Shown here in pieces: positions 8,925 to 18,282 of a stretch of DNA of 64,000 nucleotides (position 1 is the first letter of the stretch; each line of letters begins with the position of its first letter). This DNA comes from Myxococcota bacterium. GTDB taxonomy: Bacteria > Myxococcota_C > UBA6777. A program made the translations under genes and the position numbers. Below the pieces are notes generated by a model. It worked only from the letters and a program-made list of their open reading frames with translations. It was not told the DNA's origin and searched no databases. Where the stretch lies: positions 1 through 64,000 of the forward strand of contig JAKLKB010000022.1 of assembly GCA_023150835.1 (NCBI GenBank), in the 5' to 3' direction.

Positions 8925-10931
8925 ATGACCGGCCCGCATGGCAAATCCACACACAAACATTCTCGGCGTGAACTCTTTCAAGCCGTGATGACGTTGTTGC
9001 GCCGCAAGATGCAACAGGTCGGCTATACTCCCGTCGTCATCGAACAAACTTGCGCTGCATGGGAACGCTTCTGTCAGATCGCCAAACCACAGATCCGCTC
9101 CGTTGAAGCCTATGCTGCGGCGATGGAGTACGCCGCGATCTTGCGCTTGCGAGGTGGGCAGATCACCCAGCGCGCCGTCGCCGAACGCTACATGGTCAGC
9201 CAAGCCTCCGTCGCACGCCTTCACCTGCGCATCCTCAATTGCCTCGCCCCCCCTTCATCATCTTCCTCGCTCGAATCGACCTCCCCATCGTCTTGCTCGC
9301 TCGCGACACCCTTTTTATCGCCATCCTCACACGAATCACTCCCACCCTCACCATCCTCTCAACAAAACACATCGATCTCATCGCCATCATCGGCATCGTC
9401 GGCCTCTGCGAAGATCTCGGAGAAGGCAGCGGCATCGTCGGCCTCTGCGAAGATCTCGGAGAAGGCAGCGGCATCGTCGGCCTCTGCGAAGATCTCGGAG
9501 AAGGCAGCCGCATCGTCGGCCTCTGCGAAGATCTCGGAAAAGGCAGTATCCGCTGGATCGCTTGAAGACGGGATGTTTGGGAGGATGTCGGAGGAAGAAC
9601 AAAGCGAAGAGCTGGCGAGGCTGCAAAGTTTGCCGATGGTTCGGGAGCGTTGGGGAGCGTTGTTGTTGCGGAGTGAGTCGGTGGCGGCGTTAGAACAACG
9701 GGATCTGCGGGAGTATTCGGATGTTGTACCGCCGTTGTTTTCTGCGTTGTGTGTGCGGCCTCGTCGTCCATCCGATCCAGAGGCAGTGGTGCTGGTGTGG
9801 ATAGATCTAAGCCGCCGTCGGATCTTGGGGTGGTTTCCGACAGACGTTACACAGATGGCGCATCTATGGGAGTTGTCTTTGCGGCTGGTGATGGAACGTC
9901 CGTTGTATGGGATGCCACGCCGCCCTGTAGATGTGGTGTTGCCGGCGGTCACACCGTTCGACGGGATGGCGCAATGGCTTTCGCCGTTGGATATCCATTT
10001 GACGCCCTTGGATCGGCAAGAACTCGTTGCGCTAGAATCGTCGATATTGGGCAGTTTGTGTGAGGCGCCGTATTCGTTTGTAGAAGAAAACTCTGCGCGC
10101 TATCGAGAAGATCGGGAGGTGTTTTTTTCTTTGGCAGCGCGGGTTGCGATGGATCTAGGAGAATGGGCAGGAGAAGAGCTGTGTTTGTGGGGGAGAAGCG
10201 GAGATCTGGGGGGGGCTTTGTATCCCGAACCTGTAGGGCCTTGTGTGGGTCAGGATATCTTGACCGCGCTGCGGAAAGCGCGCAACGGTGTGAACAAAGG
10301 AGGGGCGTGGTGGTTTGCATGGAATCGCGGTGGGGAGGGCTTATTGTGTTGGGCCGCCCAAGCAGCCACGCTTGGGGGATATCTGGCGACGCACTTAGAA
10401 CGCCGAGGGCTGCGTTTGAACCAACGCGCTCAACTGGCTCGTCTTGTCGAGCAACTTTTGCGCTTTGACGAACGCAACATCGAAACGCTTTCCTCGACAT
10501 CTCCCATATCGCGCTCCTCCGCATCAACGGCTTCCGCATCGCGCTCCTCTGCCCCGACGGTCTCCACCACATCGGCCCCCGCCGCTCATTTCTCGACAAC
10601 ATCGGCCTCTTCCGAAGGTCGGGTGATCTGGGAGATGCGCTTTCAGCGGGGGGCTGTACTCTCGGCTGCGTTGCGCCGCCATCTCTTCGAGGAAGGTTAT
10701 GAGATCGCCCATGCACGGGCATTTCCGATGCTTTGTGTGCGCGAACTCACGTGCGGTTTGTTGCCTTTTACCGAATATCTCTGGCCTGCGGTGAATGGCT
10801 TCCTTGCGGATTGGGACACGCGATGCGGAGCGTTGTTGCGTGAACAACGCGCATCTCTGGCGTTGGACGTCTTGCCTGCCGAAAACAAAGAACACCCCCT
10901 CGGCTTTGCGTCGTTGTTGTCGCTTGGGTGA
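8925..10931 (+). CDS. Hypothetical protein with N-terminal cyclin/TFIIB-like HTH segment and Ser-rich linker
   Basis: YAAAMEY...ITQRAVAERYMVSQASV helix-turn-helix-like segment; internal 13-aa repeat; start uncertain. Confidence 0.6.
   Translation: MTGPHGKSTHKHSRRELFQAVMTLLRRKMQQVGYTPVVIEQTCAAWERFCQIAKPQIRSVEAYAAAMEYAAILRLRGGQITQRAVAERYMVSQASVARLHLRILNCLAPPSSSSSLESTSPSSCSLATPFLSPSSHESLPPSPSSQQNTSISSPSSASSASAKISEKAAASSASAKISEKAAASSASAKISEKAAASSASAKISEKAVSAGSLEDGMFGRMSEEEQSEELARLQSLPMVRERWGALLLRSESVAALEQRDLREYSDVVPPLFSALCVRPRRPSDPEAVVLVWIDLSRRRILGWFPTDVTQMAHLWELSLRLVMERPLYGMPRRPVDVVLPAVTPFDGMAQWLSPLDIHLTPLDRQELVALESSILGSLCEAPYSFVEENSARYREDREVFFSLAARVAMDLGEWAGEELCLWGRSGDLGGALYPEPVGPCVGQDILTALRKARNGVNKGGAWWFAWNRGGEGLLCWAAQAATLGGYLATHLERRGLRLNQRAQLARLVEQLLRFDERNIETLSSTSPISRSSASTASASRSSAPTVSTTSAPAAHFSTTSASSEGRVIWEMRFQRGAVLSAALRRHLFEEGYEIAHARAFPMLCVRELTCGLLPFTEYLWPAVNGFLADWDTRCGALLREQRASLALDVLPAENKEHPLGFASLLSLG
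9391..9546 (+). repeat. 39-bp in-frame tandem repeat x4 (SSASAKISEKAAA)
   Basis: Unit CGGCATCGTCGGCCTCTGCGAAGATCTCGGAGAAGGCAG. Confidence 0.95.
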
Positions 10932-10990
10932 CATTCGCTGGGTACAAGAACACCCCCTCGGCTTTGTGTCGCTGTGGTCGCTTGGGTGAC
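10888..10990. repeat. 45-bp direct repeat (period 58) duplicating a gene 3' end
   Basis: AAGAACACCCCCTCGGCTTTG...CGCTTGGGTGAC at 10888 and 10946, 3 mismatches. Confidence 0.85.
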
Positions 10991-11047
10991 GGGAGTTTGT
11001 GGTCTCCACAAGTCGGCGACACCCACGAAAAGAAAGACTCTTTCTCG

Positions 11048-12280
11048 ATGAAGCAGATCTGTCGTCTTGAAAATCCTATTCAATACTACGCGTGGGGATC
11101 ACACGAATCCATCGCACGATTGCAAGGCCGAGCCATCCCTTCGAAGAGTCCCGAAGCAGAACTTTGGATGGGCGCGCACCCCAAAGCCCCCTCTTGGGTG
11201 GCGAAGGACTCCGAAAAACACTCTCTGCTTGCGTTGATGCAATATGAATCCACCGCGATCCTCGGAGCGCAAGTCGATCAGCGCTTTGCAGGACGACTAC
11301 CCTTTTTGTTGAAAGTCCTTGCTGCATCAAAGCCTTTGTCGATCCAAGCCCACCCCAACCTCGAACAAGCCCGTGTGGGTTTTGCACGAGAAAATGCCTT
11401 AGGCATCCCCTTTGATGCGTGGGATCGCAGTTATCGAGACGACAACCACAAACCCGAGCTGATCTGCGCCATCACGCCTTTCTGGGCGCTACGCGGCTTT
11501 CGCCCTTATCACGAGATCCTCGAATGGATCGAGATCTTGCGGTTGGAGGCGTTGTACCCCGAATCCAAGCAATTCGCAGAACAACCCAACGAAGCCGGAC
11601 TACGCACCTTTTATTCTGCGCTATTGACGCTGCTTCCCGAACGCAAAGCACAGCTCCTCACCGAAGCACGGCGCGGCGCACAACGGTTGTGCGAGCATAC
11701 CGACGCTCTAACCCAAGAATCCGCCCGCATCGGTCGTTGGATCTTACAACTTCACGACCATTATCCCGATGATATCGGGATCTTGTCACCTGCGCTCCTA
11801 CACACCATCTGCCTGCAACCCGGCCAAGCCATGTACCTCCCTGACGGCGAACTCCACGCCTACCTCGAAGGCACCGGCATCGAGATCATGGCCAACTCCG
11901 ATAATGTCTTGCGCGGCGGCCTCACCAACAAACACATCGATATCCCCGAACTTCTCCACGTCTTGCGCTTTGCCCCCACCCGCATCGAACTCCTCACTCC
12001 ACAGCCAAGCACCGAAACCCCCGAAGCCTTTTACTCTACACCCACCGAAGAATTCTCCCTCTCTGTCCTTCACCTTCTCCCCTCCCTTCGCTATACCTCC
12101 CCTTCGCTTCGCAGCGCCGAGATCTGGCTTTGCCTCAATGGCTCCGCTGAGATCAAAACACACGCACAACCCGAACTCCAACTCGCCCAAGGCGACGCCA
12201 TCCTCGTCCCCGCTGACGCTCCTCCCTACCAGATCACCGGACACGCCACCCTCTACAAAGCCACCACTCCCCTTCTCTAA
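11048..12280 (+). CDS. manA: Mannose-6-phosphate isomerase, class I
   Basis: YAWGS, AELWMGAHP, LSIQAHP, NHKPEL, HAYL and EIMANSDNVLRGGLT motifs. Confidence 0.95.
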   Translation: MKQICRLENPIQYYAWGSHESIARLQGRAIPSKSPEAELWMGAHPKAPSWVAKDSEKHSLLALMQYESTAILGAQVDQRFAGRLPFLLKVLAASKPLSIQAHPNLEQARVGFARENALGIPFDAWDRSYRDDNHKPELICAITPFWALRGFRPYHEILEWIEILRLEALYPESKQFAEQPNEAGLRTFYSALLTLLPERKAQLLTEARRGAQRLCEHTDALTQESARIGRWILQLHDHYPDDIGILSPALLHTICLQPGQAMYLPDGELHAYLEGTGIEIMANSDNVLRGGLTNKHIDIPELLHVLRFAPTRIELLTPQPSTETPEAFYSTPTEEFSLSVLHLLPSLRYTSPSLRSAEIWLCLNGSAEIKTHAQPELQLAQGDAILVPADAPPYQITGHATLYKATTPLL

Positions 12281-12319
12281 AAAATGAATCTTCCCCCAGC
12301 AGGGTTGGACTTGTTTTGT

Positions 12320-12440
12320 GTGGGGTTTCACCCCACGCCCCGCCATAGAACTGCGTTCCCTTGACCCCCTATCGGCGAACAGATCATCGCATCTCAAACC
12401 AACGACTGTGTCGCTTGAAATGCCTCGAACACGGGTTTTT
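12320..12440 (+). repeat. ~120-bp dispersed double-hairpin element (copy)
   Basis: GTGGGGTTTCACCCCAC...CCTTGACCCC..TCGGCG...TCAAAC...CGCTTG...CGAACACGGG. Confidence 0.8.
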
Positions 12441-12471
12441 CGTCGACAAGCCTCACCCTCCTTCTCTAAAA

Positions 12472-12589
12472 ATAGGAGTTACGCAGTTCGATACGAAAAA
12501 GGCCCATGTTCGGGCGCAGGCGGTTCGCGAACCGCCCCTACAACGGGTTGATTCTTCACGCTTTCCCTCTTCCACTGCGTAACTCCTAT
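12472..12589. mobile_element. MITE-like element with 16-bp perfect inverted ends and an internal REP hairpin
   Basis: ATAGGAGTTACGCAGT (12472-12487) and ACTGCGTAACTCCTAT (12574-12589); internal GGCGGTTCGCGAACCGCCCCTACA. Confidence 0.7.
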
Positions 12590-12595
12590 AAAAAA

Positions 12596-12653
12596 TGAAT
12601 CTTCGTTCACAACGGCGCTTGACAAAGCCGAACAAAAAATGAATGTTGATTCA
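12596..12653 (+). promoter_or_regulatory. Candidate ccr promoter -35 flanked by two TGAAT-N4-(A/G)TTCA palindromic operators
   Basis: TTGACA at 12619-12624; TGAATcttcGTTCA 12596-12609; TGAATgttgATTCA 12640-12653; no clear -10. Confidence 0.45.
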
Positions 12654-12729
12654 ACGAATGTAATTTGTTTGCCTAAGCGAGCGAAGAAGGCAAGCGTACG
12701 GGGAGAGTGCAAGCAAGGAGGAAAGAAGA

Positions 12730-14517
12730 ATGGTGCGTCGATTGTATGAGATAAAAGAGCAGCCGCCGATGGGAGAAGTGCCTGAGCAGATGTACGCTTG
12801 GACAGTAAGGAAGGAGCGATATGGGGAGCCGAGGGAGGCATGGCGTTTGGAGGTGGTCGATGTGCCGATGTTGGGGGAGCATGATGTGTTGGTGTATGTG
12901 ATGGCGGCGGGAGTCAACTACAACAACGTGTGGGCGGGTTTGGGAGTACCGATGGACGTGATCGCAGCGCGCAACAAAGCGGGCGAGTCAGAAGCGTTTC
13001 ACATCGGGGGAAGCGATGCGTCGGGGATCGTGTACAGGGTGGGATCGAAAGTGAAAAATGTGCGGGTTGGGGATGAAGTGGTGTTGCATTGCGGTCAATG
13101 GGATATGATGTGTCCGTATGTGGTATCGGGGGGCGACCCGATGTTTTCGCCGAGTTTTCAGATCTGGGGATACGAGACGAACTACGGGAGTTTTGCGCAA
13201 TTTACACGGGTGCGTTCGGAACAATGCTTGCCAAAGCCCAAGCATCTGACGTGGGAAGAAGCAGCGGCGTATATGTTGGTGGGAGCGACGGCATATCGGA
13301 TGTTGCTGGGTTGGGGAGAACATTCGGTGCGCAAAGACGATGTGGTGTTGGTGTGGGGAGGTGCGGGAGGGCTGGGATCGATGGCGATCCAGATCGCCAA
13401 GGCCAAAGGAGCGATCCCGATCGCGGTGGTGTCGAGCGAAAGCAAACGCGAGTATTGCATGAGTTTGGGTGCGAAAGGGGTGATCAATCGCAAAGACTTC
13501 GATCATTGGGGGATGTTGCCGCATTGGAAAGATGAGGTGGGGTACAGTCGTTGGTTGAAAGGGGTGCGGAACTTTGGTCGGGCGATCTGGGATATCTTGG
13601 GGGAGCGGCGCAATCCGCGCATTGTGTTTGAGCATCCCGGGGAAAGCACGATCCCGACGTCGATGTTTGTGTGCGATACAGGTGGGATGGTGGTGATCTG
13701 TGCGGGTACAACGGGCTACAACGCCACAGTCGACTTGCGCTACTTGTGGATGCGACAAAAGAGCCTCCAAGGCTCTCACTTTGCAAACACCGAACAATCG
13801 GCAGGGTTCAATCAATTGGTGATGGAAGGTTTGGTGGATCCGTGTTTGTCGAAGACCTTTGCGAACGAAGAGCTGCCTGATGCCCACCAACTGATGTACG
13901 AAAACAAGCATCCACACGGCAACATGGCGATCTTGATCGGTGCGCCGATGGAGGGTTTGGGCGTCTCGGCAGCGTTGCAAAAAGCCCGTGCTTCGGCAAC
14001 CATTGAAGCTTCTGCCCCCGAAGAATTTTATATCCCTCCCCACCGCGAGATCGCCGAACCTCGGCTACCCCAAAGCCTCGAAGATGACCCCGTTGTGAGC
14101 GAAGTGATGCGCCCTGACGTTGTCACGTGCGCCTCGCACATCAGTATCCGAGAAGCTGCACGCATGTTGTACGAGTACGATGTGCAAGGGATGGTGGTCA
14201 CCGATCCCGAAGGATGGGCGGTGGGCGTGGTGTCGCAAACCGACGTTGTGCTGGCACGCCAAGGCCGCAGCGATCCAGAGATGGACAAGCTGACGGTTGC
14301 TGATGTGATGACGCCGCGTTTGATCGGCTGTCGCCCACATACCCGCGTATCCGAAGCCATCACCAAGATGACGCGCATGAAAGTCCATCGCCTCGTGGTG
14401 GTCGAAGAACACGGCGACAAGCTCAAGGCCGTCGGATTGATGTCGATGCGCGCCATCGTACGCAGGATGGCTGGCGTCCCTCAACCCATCCATCATGGCT
14501 CCCCTCCCACCCGCTAG
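12730..14517 (+). CDS. ccrA: Crotonyl-CoA carboxylase/reductase with C-terminal CBS-domain pair
   Basis: [58 protein letters not shown] and GSHFAN; after ~aa 450 two CBS repeats ([11 protein letters not shown]...[18 protein letters not shown]...VGLMSMRA). Confidence 0.92.
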   Translation: MVRRLYEIKEQPPMGEVPEQMYAWTVRKERYGEPREAWRLEVVDVPMLGEHDVLVYVMAAGVNYNNVWAGLGVPMDVIAARNKAGESEAFHIGGSDASGIVYRVGSKVKNVRVGDEVVLHCGQWDMMCPYVVSGGDPMFSPSFQIWGYETNYGSFAQFTRVRSEQCLPKPKHLTWEEAAAYMLVGATAYRMLLGWGEHSVRKDDVVLVWGGAGGLGSMAIQIAKAKGAIPIAVVSSESKREYCMSLGAKGVINRKDFDHWGMLPHWKDEVGYSRWLKGVRNFGRAIWDILGERRNPRIVFEHPGESTIPTSMFVCDTGGMVVICAGTTGYNATVDLRYLWMRQKSLQGSHFANTEQSAGFNQLVMEGLVDPCLSKTFANEELPDAHQLMYENKHPHGNMAILIGAPMEGLGVSAALQKARASATIEASAPEEFYIPPHREIAEPRLPQSLEDDPVVSEVMRPDVVTCASHISIREAARMLYEYDVQGMVVTDPEGWAVGVVSQTDVVLARQGRSDPEMDKLTVADVMTPRLIGCRPHTRVSEAITKMTRMKVHRLVVVEEHGDKLKAVGLMSMRAIVRRMAGVPQPIHHGSPPTR

Positions 14518-14608
14518 ATCGTTGCGTTCGGCTCTTGCAGAACCGTACAAAACAACACATACTGCGTCGGTTCAAATCACCCGAATCTGCGTAGAAGGGG
14601 ACACCACG

Positions 14609-16009
14609 ATGAGCGACGACAAAAAACAGCAACCACCCGCCGAAGACGAGCAATCCTCCCAAGACACCAACCCAAACAAAGCCAAAGCCGCCCCCGTTGG
14701 AAAGACGTCGCGTTTTTTCAAACTGGCCGGGATGACGGCCTCCGTCGCAGGAAGCTACGCCGCCACCCGCATCAAATCGATCTTTCAATCCAAAGAAGAC
14801 GCCGAACGCGATCGCGCCGCAGCCCACAAGGCCAGCGGAGAGCGGATCGCCGAAACCCTCGGTCAGCTCAAAGGAGCCGTGATGAAGGTCGGTCAGATGG
14901 CTTCGATCGCCAGCGATCTGCTGCCTCGTGAATTCACCGAAGCCTTGGGGACGTTGCAAAAAGAAGCCCCACCGATGGAGTTTTCCGTCATCGCCGAGCA
15001 GATCAAAAAAGAACTGGGTGCCCCTCCCGAAGAACTCTTCGAATTCTTTGATGAAGAACCTTTTGCCGCAGCCTCGATCGGCCAAGTCCACCGCGCCACG
15101 CTCGAAGACGGTCAAGAAGTCGTGGTCAAAGTCCAATATCCCGGCGTCGACGACGCTTGCGATAGCGATCTGGCCCATCTCAAGGTCGCTTTGCGCGCAA
15201 GCGGCTTGGTCAACGTCCGAAAACGAGACCTCGATGCGATCTTCGCAGAGATCCGCGACCGTCTACACGAAGAACTCGACTACCGCCAAGAAGCCAAAAA
15301 TGCCCAACTCTTCGGCGCGTATTACAAAGATTATCCGCATATCGTCGTCCCCAAGGTGATCTCCGAACGCAGCACCCAACGCGTGATCACCCTCACCTTT
15401 GAACAAGGCGACCCGATCCAAGTCGTTCGCCCCCCTCGCTATCCCCAAGAGATCCGCGATCAACTCGGTGTCCAATTCTTCCACCTCGTCTGTAGTCAGA
15501 TCTTTCACCTCAAAGCCGTCCACGCAGATCCCAACCCCGGAAACTTCGCCTTCCGATCCGACGGAACCATCGTCATGTACGACTTTGGCTGTGTCAAATA
15601 CCTACAGCCCGCCATTATCGAAGCTTACCGCGACACCATCGTCTGTGGACTACGCGAAGATTACGATGGCGTCGAAGATGGACTGCGCCGCTTGGGTGTC
15701 CGCGAGATCGAAGGCCCCCCCGTCGAATACGACTACTACAAAGAATGGCGTGATCTTTTCCTCACTCCCTTCATCCAAAAAGAACCCTTCGATTATGGCC
15801 GATCGACCCTCCACAACGAAGTCATCGCCCGTATCCCCGGCGTGATGAAGCGCCTTGCCTCCTTCAAACCTCCCGCCGAACTCACCTTCCTCGATCGCGC
15901 CATCGTCGGGCATTACGGAAACCTCCGCAAGATCCGCGCAAAAGGCCGATTCCTTGAGATCCTCCAACAATACATCGACACCATGCCTCCCGCCCCCGAA
16001 GAAGCCTAA
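14609..16009 (+). CDS. ABC1/AarF/UbiB-family atypical kinase
   Basis: KGAVMKVGQ, PFAAASIGQVH, VVKVQYPG, EELDY, HADPNPGN and YDFG. Confidence 0.93.
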   Translation: MSDDKKQQPPAEDEQSSQDTNPNKAKAAPVGKTSRFFKLAGMTASVAGSYAATRIKSIFQSKEDAERDRAAAHKASGERIAETLGQLKGAVMKVGQMASIASDLLPREFTEALGTLQKEAPPMEFSVIAEQIKKELGAPPEELFEFFDEEPFAAASIGQVHRATLEDGQEVVVKVQYPGVDDACDSDLAHLKVALRASGLVNVRKRDLDAIFAEIRDRLHEELDYRQEAKNAQLFGAYYKDYPHIVVPKVISERSTQRVITLTFEQGDPIQVVRPPRYPQEIRDQLGVQFFHLVCSQIFHLKAVHADPNPGNFAFRSDGTIVMYDFGCVKYLQPAIIEAYRDTIVCGLREDYDGVEDGLRRLGVREIEGPPVEYDYYKEWRDLFLTPFIQKEPFDYGRSTLHNEVIARIPGVMKRLASFKPPAELTFLDRAIVGHYGNLRKIRAKGRFLEILQQYIDTMPPAPEEA

Positions 16010-16012
16010 ACT

Positions 16013-16152
16013 TGGGCTGTTTTGTGGGGCTTTTTGTGGGGCTTTTTGTGGGGCTTTTTGTGGGGCTTTTTGTGGGGCTTTTTGTGGGGCTTTTTGTGGG
16101 GCTTTTTGTGGGGCTTTGTGTGGGGCTTTTTGTGAGACTTTTTGTGGGGCGC
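16013..16152. repeat. 12-bp G-rich tandem repeat, ~11 copies
   Basis: Unit TTTTTGTGGGGC, running directly into the dispersed element at 16144. Confidence 0.95.
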
Positions 16153-16264
16153 TGCCCCACGCCCCGCAAGGGACCAATGGCCCCTTGACCCCGTGTCGGC
16201 GGAAGATCGTAGGCTTTTCAAACGAACGGCGGCTCCGCTTGAAAAGGCGCGAACACGGGGGTTT
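16144..16264 (+). repeat. ~120-bp dispersed double-hairpin element (copy)
   Basis: GTGGGGCGCTGCCCCAC GCCCCG CAAGGGACCAATGGCCCCTTG ACCCC...TTCAAAC...CGCTTG...GCGCGAACACGGGGG. Confidence 0.85.
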
Positions 16265-16612
16265 GGGATGGAAAGGTGTGAAGAAGAAACGAAAAGAAAG
16301 AAGAGGGCAGCGAAGAGTTGAGACCCGATTCGAGGGTAGCGTAAAGTACCGAGTTTACGGCGGTGGGTGAGGTGAGTGCAACGTTGTGGGGGACCGTCTG
16401 GGGGTGGTGCGGTGGATCAGGGTGAGGTGTAGGTGCTTCTTGTATCGGATTATCGGGGGGGTTGGAGGGGGTGGTGACTGGGGCGAGTGGGACGGTGGAT
16501 GAGATCAGGGGGGGACTGCACCTTTGCAACGGGCGGAGTATCGGGGGGTGTAGAGATGCGCGGCGAACACTCTCGGGCGCGGAGTTGTGCGCGGTGGGTG
16601 CTGCTGGCTCTC

Positions 16613-16738
16613 CTAAGTACCCGTCGCTTGGCCTTGTTTTCGCTTCGCTGCGAGGTCGTAGGTGAGGCGTCGGCGATGTGCAGCAAGGAGATGTTCTTGC
16701 GCAGCACGCTCATGTTCCTCCGCCATGTATGCACTCAT
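16613..16738 (-). CDS. Candidate small protein, 41 aa (MSAYMAEEHERAAQEHLLAAHRRRLTYDLAAKRKQGQATGT)
   Basis: Read manually; AGGAGA upstream; preceded by a structured leader; no homology evidence. Confidence 0.3.
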   Translation of the reverse strand: MSAYMAEEHERAAQEHLLAAHRRRLTYDLAAKRKQGQATGT

Positions 16739-16931
16739 TAGAAACCTGTCTCCTGCTTCTGCGTATCACACAGACATCAAAGGAGAAACCCGTGAGGGAA
16801 CAACCGACTGCCGAAGCAGTCACACGTTGTCAGGAAGCCTACCGAGGGGGGGGTCTCAACTTCTTCACTTTTCAAAGAACAGGCTTCAAGGCTAAGCACA
16901 CCCTACTCGGTAACGCAAGCCTCACGATGCC

Positions 16932-16960
16932 TTGACAGGAAAAAAAAAAGGGGGTATCTC
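16932..16960 (+). promoter_or_regulatory. Candidate sigma70 promoter of carAB with A10/G5 homopolymer spacer
   Basis: TTGACA + 17 nt (GGAAAAAAAAAAGGGGG) + TATCTC (weak -10). Confidence 0.45.
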
Positions 16961-17013
16961 CGCGCCGCATGAAGAAAAAGCGCAAGGATCGAACTTTCAA
17001 GGGAGGGATCACG

Positions 17014-18192
17014 ATGGCGCAACAAAGGAAGGTCGCACGTTTGGTCTTGGAAGATGGTAGCGTCTGGAGGGGTTGGGGGTTTGGAGCCGAAGGAACCCAA
17101 GAAGGAGAGGTGGTCTTTAACACCAGTTTGACGGGGTATCAGGAGATCTTGACAGATCCGAGTTATGCGGGGCAGATCGTGTTGATGACAGCGCCACAGA
17201 TCGGAAACACAGGGATGAACGAAGAAGACAACGAAGCAGGGCGCACGTATCTCGAAGGGTTTGTGGTGCGTGAGTTGAGCCCAAGCACGTCCAACTGGCG
17301 GGCGTCTTCGGATCTTTCGGACTGGTTAAAGGCGCGGGGCGTGATCGGGATTACGGGGGTGGACACACGGGCGATCACACGGCGTTTGCGCGAACGGGGC
17401 TCGTTGTGCGGCCTCCTGACCACCGATGAGATACAAACAGACGCGGGTCTTGTGGAGCGTGCGCGCCAAGTCAAAGGAACGGACGGCAAGGATCTTGTTT
17501 CGCAAGTGACCTGCAAAGCCCCCTATGTATGGGAAGATCGAACACAAAAGACGTGGGAGTTTACGCAATACTTTGGATCGATCGAGTGGGATAGTCGAGA
17601 AGATCGCCCTGCGTTGCATGTGGTGGTGATGGACTTTGGTGTCAAACGCAACATCCTTCGTCGGGTCGCGGCATGGAATTGTCGGATCACGGTGGTTCCT
17701 GCGCAAACAACGGCGGAAGCGATCTTGGGTTATCAGCCCGATGGGATCTTGTTGAGCAACGGCCCGGGCGATCCATCTGCGGTGACGTACGCGGTCGACA
17801 CGATCCGCGAACTGCTTGGAAAAGTCCCGATCTTGGGGATCTGTATGGGGCATCAGCTTGTTTCATTGGCGATGGGGGCGCGTTCGTACAAGCTCAAGTT
17901 CGGGCATCACGGCGGCAATCACCCTGTCAAGTATCTGCCCGAAGGACGGGTCGAGATCAGCGCACAAAACCACAACTACGCGATCGATGCGGCCAGTTTG
18001 CCCAAAGAAGTGGAGCTGCTGTACGTCCATCTGCACGACCAATCGTGCGCGGGTATCCGCGATCCGCAGCGTTGTGTCATGGGCATCCAATACCATCCCG
18101 AAGCCGCTCCCGGTCCGCATGATGCCGATCCGCTGTTTCGCCAATTTATCCAGATGATGCTCCAACACAAAAAGACACGCCCAACGGCCTAG
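17014..18192 (+). CDS. carA: Carbamoyl-phosphate synthase small subunit
   Basis: GEVVFNT, GYQEILTDPSYAGQI, LSNGPGDP, GICMGHQ, KFGHHGGNHPV and QYHPEAAPGPHD. Confidence 0.97.
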   Translation: MAQQRKVARLVLEDGSVWRGWGFGAEGTQEGEVVFNTSLTGYQEILTDPSYAGQIVLMTAPQIGNTGMNEEDNEAGRTYLEGFVVRELSPSTSNWRASSDLSDWLKARGVIGITGVDTRAITRRLRERGSLCGLLTTDEIQTDAGLVERARQVKGTDGKDLVSQVTCKAPYVWEDRTQKTWEFTQYFGSIEWDSREDRPALHVVVMDFGVKRNILRRVAAWNCRITVVPAQTTAEAILGYQPDGILLSNGPGDPSAVTYAVDTIRELLGKVPILGICMGHQLVSLAMGARSYKLKFGHHGGNHPVKYLPEGRVEISAQNHNYAIDAASLPKEVELLYVHLHDQSCAGIRDPQRCVMGIQYHPEAAPGPHDADPLFRQFIQMMLQHKKTRPTA

Positions 18193-18282
18193 AACATCGG
18201 TTCCTTTGCAGGTAAAGAAGCAGCGTTGTTCAAGCAAGATTTTTCGGGCAAACCGATGCGTTGGCCCCACGGGAGCGAGAAG

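Noticed and set aside
16865-16885. rRNA operon suggested by boxA-like GTTCTTTGAAAA on the minus strand
   Set aside because: No rRNA or tRNA sequence follows.
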